Source of the DNA: Lingula anatina
Lineage: Eukaryota > Animalia > Brachiopoda
Assembly (NCBI GenBank): GCA_051362555.1
Contig: CM120640.1
Location: 12,834,001 to 12,898,000, forward strand
Direction: 5' to 3'
Length of the DNA stretch: 64,000 nucleotides
Shown here: one piece after another, positions 39,198-51,100 of the stretch
Numbering within the stretch: position 1 is the first letter of the stretch
How the letters are laid out: each line of letters opens with the position of its first letter
Position numbers and translations under genes: made by a program
Notes under the pieces: model-generated
What the model was told of the DNA's origin: nothing
Databases searched by the model: none
The model's input: the letters and a program-made list of their open reading frames with translations, nothing else

Positions 39198-42100
39198 GTA
39201 TTATTTACATTTACCTATTCACAATAGTAATTATTTACAGACACTTTCAATGAATATAATATACCGGCACTTACGATTACCTGTTTATATATACTTATGT
39301 CAAAATAGGGTGTCCTTGTCCATGTACACTTTAGTCCCCCCTATAAGACCCTATACATTTCTTTTTGTTTGGCTCGTAAATTAACTAGTAGGTTTTGTAT
39401 GGAAAAATGTGGATCATTTAAGATAATCTGCTTAATCATATTATTTTTATACAAGTTTGTTTTTACATTAAATGGTATTTTGCAAAAAAAAAAAAAAGTA
39501 TTGCTATCCCCATATAACTTCCAAGCTTTTGCCTGAAGTGTTCTGTAAGATTTTATATAAAACTAGAAAAGCTCTCCGAGAACGCAGACCTCTGCCAAGG
39601 CAGCAATTTTTGATTGTTATTGATTATTGATCCGGATCACCACCAAAAACTAACTACTTCTAAGTTAACCCATTTTCCACCTACCCTGAAAATTTCATCA
39701 AAATCGGTCCATAACTTTTTGAGTTATGTTGATGACAAACAAACAGACAGACAGACAAACAGGGGTGAAAACATAGCCTTCTTGGCGGAGGTAATTATGA
39801 TCAAATTTGAAAATTGATATAATTCTACAATACAATGTTTTTTGAAAATGTTTTGTGGTCTCTCTATATACCAATCCTAAAAAAATTAAGTATATTTGTG
39901 ATAAAGAAAAATAGAAAATACACACTAACTTGATTATGACTTTCTATTTTGATATTAAACAATATGTTATAAACCTTTTATTGGCCTGCATATGAAATCA
40001 ATGTCCTAGACTTCTAAAAATTTCATCATCAATCAATGCTCTTCGTCCCATGTGGGACATAAGGCCACAAATTTACTGATGCTTAAATCAAACTTGTTAA
40101 AATAGGACTATATGTTTTCAACTTACTTACAACTTATAACTTACTAAAAATTCCACATTTCATGTCAGACTTACTTAATGTCACATAAAAAAAAACCAGT
40201 ACACAAAATAACCAATGATACATTATTCATTGATGCTCGGTAACTAAGTTGTTAAAATTTTGAAATCAAAGATTTGATAGTTTCTTTTCTTCTTGCAGGG
40301 GTTTGATGTGTTCTCCAAGCTTAGGCAGATATGCTTCTTTACACCTCACCGAGAGCTGCGAGAGCACCTTATTTCAGAACTCCTGGTGGCACAGCAGTGG
40401 AGAAGGGAAGAACGCAATACAATTAACTATCTACACCAGGTGGAGACACTGTACACATGTCAGAGCTTTGAAAAGTCATGTCTGCTCAAGAAGGATGGAG
40501 GTGGCAGGCAAGCAAATATTATAATATATTTCCTCAATTTATACTTCTTTTCACTGTAGAAGCCTGTGCCATTGTATAGTGTTTCTATACAGTAGAGAAT
40601 GTCACAGCTTTCAAGTTTTTTTTCCATTTTGAAATTTTTCTCACTTTTTTATAAAGAAAAAAATGAAGTAATATTTAGAAAAGAATAAGCTCTAATGATT
40701 TAAGAAATATAATTTTCATGTCAGCTATTCTTGAAAAATATTTCTCAGTGCATAATTACCAATTTTGAAAGAAAAATATCTTCTTAGTTGTATGGAGGAT
40801 CCTCTAAGCCTTCAGTCTTCCTATGAATCCCACCCAGAACTGCTGAGTCACTGTGGTGACCTGGTACCTCTAGAGGACAAAAACAGTGAGACATCACACT
40901 ATGCACACCTTCTGCTGGACTGGGTACATACTTGGGATACCAGCACCAGGGAACGCATTCTGCTAGATGTACTTCTTTATAGCAGTGGCAGAGGTAATAG
41001 GTTGGATCTTTTGATTTTAAATAGTCCTGTCACTTACATCTATTTGTCTGTCTCTGTCTTTTTTTTTAATCATCGCTGTCTTTCTACTACAAAGTCTCAA
41101 GAGCTTCCCTCTATGTTTAAATTTAGGGGATATAGAGCTTTATATACTTAAGTCTGGTGGATAAAACTCCCAGACTTCCTTTGCAATCAGCAGTACTTCA
41201 TAGTTTTATAGAAAAAAAAAAAAAACCTTGCTGAAGTTAGGTGAAAAGTAGCCATGGTTCTAGCAATATTTTCATGAGTCTTATAAAGGAATTTTTTCTT
41301 ACAATTTTTGCAGATAACACTGGAGCTCCACAGAATAATTTTGCATTCTAATTTAAAAAAAAAAATTTTCTTCTTTTGTAGACTCAACCAACATACCCAT
41401 TTCCCCTCAGACTCTCTTTGACTACCTGACTAGCCACAATGACTATGCACGTTTGCTGCATTGGGTTCAGTCCAGCTTCCCTACTGAAGGTGAAGAGGTC
41501 AAGGTCATGTGGCCTTACAAGAAACCCCTGACTGTTGACCTGATCCAGAACTCGACCTATTGTATTCCCTACTTCAAGGAAAGATTATTAGATGAAATTG
41601 CTAGGTATGTCTCAATTCTAACCATGTGTTGCTCTGTATACAACATTGCTTTTTGGTGGCGCAATTTGATGAAACATTATTAGATATATAATACAGTTTG
41701 CTTAATTCTTGCAGTTTAATATAAATTTCCTACAGTGCTAATTGATATTTTGGAGGACATTGTTTTGTTTCTACTGTAATGCCTTTATGAGAAAGAGTAC
41801 TTCATTTTTCTTTCTGACATTTTTCAGACGAGGTGTGTTCATTCCAAGTGAACTTCAAGATTTCAGTCAGTTGTTAAAAAGATTGGGAAGGATTCATCAG
41901 TCTGTTTCAAAAAACAATCCATGTTTTCGGCAAACCAAGTCGGGTTACAATCAACTGACATTCCATAAGAAAATGATACATTTCCTTACAGAGGAGTATA
42001 TGCCCCAGGTGCTGTACTATTACCTGGATTATTTTAGGTAAGTGTCCTTGTATAAAAGGGTGACCTTTGTTAATAATTTCAGTGAGGGCATCATATAGCA

Positions 42101-44954
42101 AATTCTGGGATATAAGATTGTATGATGATTTGATGAATCAAGGATGTTTTTAGTATAATGGCAGTCTTGCACTGTTTGATTGTTAACAATTAAATATCAG
42201 GAGGATGAAGAAGCAGCCTCTCATCTCATTTGTTGATATTAAATTCCTTTTTAATTGTTTATATTTAGCTCATTTATTGGATTAAATGATTATGCTGCAT
42301 ATCTCTCCCTTTAGACTTGGTCTTGACCAGGACAGTTTAGACAAGCTGGGGCTCACCACAGCCAAGCAGACCTGGGTGGCAATGCTTGTCCAGTTTAGAC
42401 TACTGGCTCATAACTACACAGGTGATGATATGACAATTCTTAATTTATTTTAGCAGCTTAGGTCATTTAAATTCCTATTTACTTTTTTTAGCAATTAAAA
42501 GAAAGAACAAAATAGTTCTTGGTTTTATAATTTAAACAAATTCAATGTTTTTGTGTTAGTAGAAGATTGGAAGATGATCTTAACCACAAACGTTAAAAAA
42601 TCAGATACGAAGTATATGCTTCATTAGCAGTTTTACAAATGTGTAAGGATTTGTGCTTTTTTTTGTAAGAAAACATTATATTTGATTTGATAAAAAATCA
42701 GATATGTATCTGCTGGAGTGACCTCATTATTAAATTATGAAGATGATTTTTTACTGTTTTAGATCCCAGTCAAGTGTTTTCCGCCAGCCTGGCGTGTGGT
42801 CGTCATATTCTCCACCTCAGCACTGTCACTGTGGAGGACATGTTGGAGGCAGGACACATTGTCTGGGCCATGGGAATGCTACTCACATCTCAACATAGTA
42901 TGAATCAGGTAATGGGGAAACAGCGAAGATATGAAGATGTGTTTGTTTAGAAAGAAAGTATTAGATAGAGCTGTAAATTAAGGTTATTTAATGGTTGAAC
43001 GTGGCATGGGTCATAAAACTGATGACATTTCTCCCAAGAAACAAACATACCAGAAACATGTTAGTGACCAAATCTGTTATTTGTAGTCTTGTTAACATTC
43101 TTTTCTTTCAATGAGAAACCTTTAGATCACTTTTGTTATCTGAAAACTACTTGACCTTACATGGATCTTGACTCATTTCAGGTGCTGTCAGGATCTGTCC
43201 AAGATGACAGGCTTGGACGGATAGATCCCCAGCGTCTACGTGAGCAGTTGGCTATCTACCCCAAGCTGCAGGCAGCCCTGTTTCCTATGGGAGCTGAGGA
43301 CAGTGTGCCCCAGCAGGACATCACAGTGTATCAACTCCTGCAGGGAACCACACACTTTGACCCTTCCAAGTCCTTCCTCTGGCAGACCACTAATAATGTG
43401 AAGGCAGCTGATGGTAAGGATTTTATGATTTCATAAGTTTACATGGCAAGAAATTTTGCACTCCAAGGTAAAAAAGTTTATTTGTAGCTGTATTACTGTG
43501 AAGACATGATACTCCAGTTATACTTGATCTGCTCAAAACATGCTGTTCAATAAGAAATAATGATCTCGTGCTTCCCTGCAAAGAAAGAATCTATAGTGAC
43601 ATCCATTTAGATTTGATAGAAAGTCCTTTTTTTGCAAGTGAATTCTAAAAGTGAAGTATCATTTGTTTTATTTTATTGTGCACACAACATCATTTGATTA
43701 CTGAACAAGTGGCAACAGAGAGCTTAGTATCACTATTCTAAATCTCTCAATAGCAGGCATCTTACTTAAAATTTCAGAAGAAGAGACAGAACTCCCTCAT
43801 TTCTCCCTTCCGTCTTTGACCAGCAAATATTCTTACAAGGGACAACTTGGTTTCACCTATTATCTCAAACATGGGCGTCCATCATTTGCCTTTCATGCGT
43901 TCATCACAGGGGAAATCCAGGATGGAGCAACTGCAATTATGCCAAGAAGGTATAATAGAACTTACTGGGTCATAGTGAATGCCACTAAATAAAATTTTTG
44001 CTGACAGTGATATTTGATATTATTCTTTGAATTACTGAACACAAGCTTATTTAGGGGAGCTCTTATCTTATAAAAATATATGAGCTTGGTAACTCACTAG
44101 TGTTTAGGTAAATATTTTATTTTTTTGTGCAATCAGGAGATTGCCATGGTGACTTATAAACATGTTTTTCATTCCCACATAACCACAGTGATAGTCCTGA
44201 TCTTTTATTTATTTTTTTTGTACTAAAATACATTGAAAAAAGTAGAAAATGTACTTTGACATAGAATTAGCACTTTGGCTGCTATATGCATTAGAAAGAC
44301 TGTATGTTTGTGGTTTGTTGCTGAAAATGTTGATAATAATTTTAAAAAATTTACATTCTAACTGTTTTTTCAGACAGCAAATGGCCTATCAGAGAGCACA
44401 TATTCTGGCTATTCAGCAGTTTAATAACACAGTTGTAGCTGCAGCATGTGTGGCATTTGCAGAAATGATAGGAAAAGATAGCACTACAATTAGAATTCAC
44501 CTGCAGGTATGCACCTGTCACTCTCTTACAAAAAGCTTTTTGATGAGGAAAATACTAAGGTCTTCTATCATGAGTTCTATGTTGATATAAAAATTGGTAA
44601 AATGACCTATTTTTAAGTATTTAAAAAAACTTGTCAGCAGAATTATTCCCTACACAGGGAATCATAACCATAGAATCCAATGCTTACTTAAGACTTCTTA
44701 TACATGGATTAGTTATTTTTATTTAAGGTTGCCAAGACTTTGTATACTTATAAAACCAGCGGAGTCTCCAGCTCACTGTATCAAAGAAAGGCTGCAGGAG
44801 TATGCACGGAGAAGGAGATTAGTGAGTTTTATTCTTTCTTTATTAACTTTCAACTGCAAAATAATGATTTCTTCTGATTGATTTAGGATTAAACCCAGTT
44901 CTTAGTCACAGCTTATTTTGCTGGCTTCTGATGTTGTATCTGCTCAGTGTTAGT

Positions 44955-44985
<31 letters not shown>

Positions 44986-47900
44986 TGTATGAAATGGCCG
45001 CCTGCCCGCCAGCCCGAGACTGGTAACTTTCAGGCCGGGCGGGTAAGATTTGCAAATTACCCGCCCGACGGGCTGGCTATCTTTACAGCCTATTTTCACC
45101 TTTTATTTTGTCTACGTTCACAAGCGATTTCAGCAAAATATCAAATAAACTAACTGTTTTCACCCACTTTCATAGAAGCAAAGAACTAACCATAGCTTGC
45201 AATCGAACGCTCGTATTGAATTGTAACCAACAGTCTCCCTCTCAGTGGCCTCGTTTTCTAAGTTCTGTCTATGTGATATGAAGTTGAAAGACAATTTGAA
45301 ACGAGGCACATTGTTCTTAATTAAGGTAGATCGATCGTTACGTAATTTGACGATTTGCGCAATTTCAGCGCATCGTCAATCGTCTCTAACGACACTTCAG
45401 TCTGTTTTATCAAATTGAGGAAATAAAACAATTATCTATAAGATAAACACACATTATCAACTTGTCTGTAACTCTGTGTGATCGATACAGATTTTCGACA
45501 ACATTTGTCGACTATATGATTCCATACGACAACTGTAGCAAGTTCGTAGACTTGCCCTTTAAGAAATCGTCGGAATAGCTCCTTTTCCAATTTGAATTGG
45601 GACTAGAAAAAGTATGACAGCTAAAGCTCACAAATTATGCACATAGGTGCTATATCATGTAAAGAATAAGTGTTGTAAATTCCAATCAAAGCGGCTGCGT
45701 AGGCCTACATTTTGAGGTAGCTTAGATTTCGACGAAAACCGGAAGTGCGTCGTAACGCCACTCATTAGAGAAATTTGGACTGAGAAATATTTCGTAGCTT
45801 ATACAAATGTTCAGAAAATGGCCATACAGCTTGAAGAAAATTCACTAATCAAAATTGAAACTGCGTTTTATTATACAGAAAAAAATTGTGCACTTCTGAC
45901 CTCGACTTGTCAGTGTCAGTGTAAACAAAGTGTACTGAATGCACCGCAAGCAAGCACGTGAATGCCGCATTTGATACTTTGTATCAGACGCTTCATTTTA
46001 CTTGACAACACAGTGTTTACAATGTCACGTTCATGTTATATTCATTAATAAATAACAATGGCAATAAACTATTTTCATATGCATGAGTATTTCCCTTATT
46101 ACTCTCTTCAATAATTTTGTTGTAAAGTTAATGGCTTACACCTTCGCATCAGTATGACAAATCTGAAAATAGCTGAGTATACTCACTTCAACTGTTAAAC
46201 ATAATGAAAGTTTTTAATGTACTTAGATGTCTCTCAACACACACACACACACAAACACACACACAAAAAAAGTTAACAATTTAGTGCAAAAACACCCATT
46301 TTCCCATTGATTTCAATTGGGACTTCCGACTAGTGCGTCACGCAGGGTGTAACGCACTTCAACTTGGCGTAGTTCTCTTATTTGGTCGATGACCCCCAAT
46401 TTTTTTGGTAAAATTTAAATGTACTTGGAGGCCTTTTTACACCAAAAAATTTTTTAAAAAATTCGAACTTCAGAAAGTCATAAAAAATTATGCTTTAGTG
46501 AGAAAACACCCATTTTCCCACTGATTTGAATGGGGACTAGTGCGATATGCAGGGTGTATCATATTTGGGGCTAGTTCTCTTATTTGGTCGGTGACCCCCA
46601 ATTTTTTTTGCAAATTTTTAATGTACTTGGGTGTCTCTTCAAACAAAAAAAAATTTAAAAAAATTCGAACGTTGGAACATGTAACGACCGATCTACCTTA
46701 ACCAGCTTCAGTGCACAGCAGATAACGTTACGTCATTGTTTTGTGTAGAGGAGATACCGCGAGTAGCAATTTGTAGGTTGAGAGTAATAAAAATGTGAAA
46801 GTATAAAAAGTTATAATATTGATTAAATAGACTTATAGGTACATGAAGTGCTTATAATCAACAGTAATAAAGGCATCGGAGGTAAATTAAAGGAGAATTT
46901 TACAAAAAATTTGAATCCCCAAATCATGAGTGAACGTACGAGTTTACGCCGTGCGTCAGATGTAGTTCTTTTCTCACGTGCTTTCATCTTGGGCTGTCAA
47001 AAATGAAAAAATTCTATCAAGTCCGATAGAGAAGTTCACAAAAGAAAAACATTGAGGAAAGAAATAAAAATAACAAAGATTACGACAGAACCAAATGAAA
47101 GAGAACAAATTGGGACCCATGGAAAGGTGACTTCAATTTGCAATTAGTCGAGCGGCAACATTTTTTGTAAAACCGTAACTCGAAAGTATCACGCATTGCG
47201 ACCGAGCGCAAGCATCTCGATCCAATAACTCGCCCATACTCGCCCCGTATATTTAATATATTGTAGCCTCTATGTGATATATATAGCTATTCTCAATAAG
47301 CAATGCTTTCGAGATGCGGGGCCCTGCAGGACTGTCTATGGGCCATTAGCGTGCAGGACCGTTCCCGACCGCTTTTTAAAGCTTAAAAGCGATATTCAAA
47401 GGGACCCTACGTGCTAAATTCTTTCTTCTTTATTGTTAGCACAGAGATCGATTTATTTGACAACAATATATATATATATATATTTGGTCATACTTGTTGC
47501 TATACAGAAAAGCAAAAATTATGATCAAATGATATCACGAAGTTGGAATAAAAGTTATGAATAAATTATTGAAGAAGAAATGAGACAGCCTGCAAGGTGA
47601 ACATAAACTGAATTGACTACCCCCGCTTTCCCCCGCCCGCTAAAGGGCCCTGAAAATTTTTGGTATTTTAGATGGTGAATGGTGCCATTTGGTATGGTTT
47701 AGAACTATGATTCAACTAGTGAAAGTCTTATTTCAAGAGATGAGTTTTTTTTTACAGAAATTAAAAGGGGGGCGTCAGGATCGAGCCCCCTGACCCCCTC
47801 TAAATCCAACACTGACAAGGTAGGCCTATCATTCAGAAGAAATTCCAACCAATTTCTAAATGTCCATGCATAAGGCATGATATTGCCCTTTCATTTCCAA

Positions 47901-48057
47901 ATTACTCTCCCAAGAGTGCATTCTAGACCCCCTCAGCATACCTCTCTTAACTCTAGGGGTTATCATAACTAGGGCAGGTAACTACATGGTCGGGCTGGTA
48001 ACTTTTCAGAGTTACCTGCCCGGCGGTCTGGCTAGTAATTTCCTCGAATTTCATACA

Positions 48058-48150
<93 letters not shown>

Positions 48151-51100
48151 TGTTTCCTTGATTTTGAACATTTTGATGATGTCTAACTATCCAGGCAGTT
48201 TACTCCTGCCCTGTGTGTACCATAGAAGGAAGTCTGCAATGCAGGTGCTCTCCTTGTTGGAGGAAGCCGTGGCTTGGAAGATAGATCATGATAAGCTGAA
48301 AAAGTAAGTTGCTTAGATAAACATGGGAGTGACTTTGAATTACCAATTAATCTGGCAGAGAAACAGCTTAATACAGATGTGGCAAAACCCAGTTTATTTT
48401 GACTTTCTTATTTGAAGATGCTGGTGTACATTTTGCTGCGATCTAAACTAGTCTACTTCTTGCCAAAGCTGAGTCACGGCTAAAGCTGTGCACATACATT
48501 GTTACTGCAATTGCTTGTGTCACTTTATATGAAGGACTCATAGCAGGCCAATTTAAATGATGGACTAAACATCAAAATTAATCTTTTTAAAAATAGTTTA
48601 TTACTTAAGCACTACCAGGTTATCAGCTAGGACATCAGTTTTGCTTCAAATTGTTTGGTTTGATTAAAAATTGATGCATTTTTTCAAAGGTTTTTTTCAA
48701 ATATTCTGTATTTCTTAGGACCAGTCTTGATGCCAGCAAGGAGTGGCTGATAGTGATACTGTTCTGTCATGTCCAGAAGCTCAAACTGACCACCACGTAC
48801 CTGCTGGAGTGTGCAAAAGATGACCATTGGGTCCGCTTCCTCAACTTTGCTCAGTTGTATCAGTATCCAAAGGAACTGGTCAGTTTGTGGCCACTCAGCA
48901 GCTTTTTATATTTTGACTTAAATTACTATAGGAAAAAGTGTATATGACAGTGTAATTACTGTAAAGTGATATAGTTATTAGATATATATAAACTTACCAT
49001 TGTGAAACTGATAAAATCTGCTTTTTTAAAACATTGTGCCATTTTAGGTTTTAGCTTTTAAAACTTGATATTGTTATCATAAAGACAGTTATTTTAGACA
49101 GATTTAGGGCAACATTTTTCACCTCCACATCATTTTCTTCTGGTATGCACAGTATTTACTTCTCTTCCAGCTGGTTGAAGTGGTCTCCAGTTTCCGTAGC
49201 TCTCACCTGAGGGAACACCTGCGACATGTAGTGGAAACTGTACAAGTAGACCGTGTGAAGACAGAGGAAGACTCGGGTGTGGGAGGGGGCAGTAAGAGAC
49301 AGGCACAGTCCAACAGGTCCAGAGACTCTAGAGCAACCCTGTATTCAGCCCTTGGAATTTCCAACAAAGAAAAAGGTGAGGGTTTTGTTACATGGTGGAT
49401 TTATTTTCTTGTGAGAATATCAGGGATCAAAACAACTGACATCTGCTTTAACTTTTGATGAAGCCTGTGAGAAAAAAGATCACCATCAAATTTTTTTCTG
49501 ACTGATTCAGTGATCAAACTTGCTCGTAAAATTTCTTTATTCTTTCACCAAATTACCGCCATCTGTTGGCAAAAATTGAGCATGTATAGAGATCTAAGTA
49601 GACTATATTTTAATTGTAATCACGAGAGAAAAGTGTTGCCAACATTTTAAAAATAATTTTTCTGGCGTTTAGAAAGCAGCAGTAGTGATGAAGAAGCAGG
49701 AGAGGAGACATCTTCACCAAAACCTCCAGTGGCCTCAGCACAACAACACCAAGAGGAAGCAGCACCTGAGGAGATGCAGGAGGCCCTGCTGAACCCAGAT
49801 GTCTTACCAGATGATGTGTTTGGTGTGTTGTTTGCCTGCCAGGCTCAGCCCTGTCCCTGGAAAGCCATGATAGCCCACAGTGTGGCTCTGAAGAACCCTG
49901 TACTTGCTCTGCTGGCTGCATGTATTCAGGTGAGACTGGTTCTGAAAAAATGGGAGAAAAAAGAGATAAGACATAATAGATTGTGACTTCTGAAAATATA
50001 ACAAAGTAAAACAAAATGTCTTTTTGATTTTGTTGTCTCTTTCATGGAATAAAATTGTTTCCGTAGAAATAAAATTGATATTATTGTTACTGAATTTAAT
50101 TTAAAGACCTTAATTTGGAAAACATGGCAACATAGGACATAGAAGGTAGAAGTAACATATCACTTGATGAAGGCTATATTTTGAATAATCTGACTTAAGC
50201 ATTTGTAAAAGAAATGAGCTTTTTAAAAAGAAAATAAGCTTCTTTCGAAGACCATTCTGTAGAACTTGATTCATAGATTATAATTAAACCATATTGATTT
50301 CATATCTGTGTATCAGTTTCTACTGAACAGAAATATTGAAGTATTTTCTTCCATTATATCTTGCTGTAGGGGGCCTCCACCCTGGACTGCCTGTGTGCCT
50401 GGCTGTTGACCTCCCTGGATGTGGAGACCTGTGGAGAGGCTCTCAGTGCCATGGATTACTCCAACAACTCTCTCTTCAAGATGGAGGACCTCAGTCTGCT
50501 TCTTCATTTCTACTTGCAGAAAAACTGGGTTTCCATGGCAGCCACTGGGTTTTACATTTTTCAGCCTGTATGAGTTTTTTTTTTTTTTGGGGGGGGGGCT
50601 CTCAGATATTGATACTTATCTAACTTTTTGTGCGTGGTAGGGTATCAGTTCACAATATTGGATTGGAGATAGAAATTTTAGTAAAATAGTTGTGCTTAAT
50701 TCAATTTAAGATATACAGGCATCTCCACTGATGAGGAAGATGGATGTGTTGTAATGGTGATTTATAGAAATATGTGATATCTGTATTTTTCTGACAATTT
50801 CATCACTGGTTTTTACTGCTGTGTTTTTTTTATAAGCGTACACCTTCAGTTAAATTTGGTGTTCTTTTTGCAGCAATCACCGCTGGTTCCCTTCCTTTCT
50901 TTTTATGGGAATTTTATGGAGAACAAAAGGTTTGAAAAGAGCTCTCAAATGTTAGAGGAATTTAAAGAATTAATGCTAAAGGTAAGTACATGTATATTTT
51001 CAGCAGGATGAAAGACTGGGAAACAGTTGCTCTGGTCCTTTATAACAATAAAAAATCATATTCCAGTTATTTTAATAATATATTCACATTAAGGTAGTCA

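Larger units (their letters stand above)
44983..48060. mobile_element. Composite non-autonomous DNA transposon (hAT-like CAG ends) inserted in a (TA)n tract
   Basis: 13-bp TIR CAGTGTATGAAAT / ATTTCATACACTG. Multiple subterminal GGGC(T/G/A)GGTAA / TTACC(C/T)GCCCG motifs at both ends. (TA)n on both flanks; CpG-rich. Confidence 0.85.
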
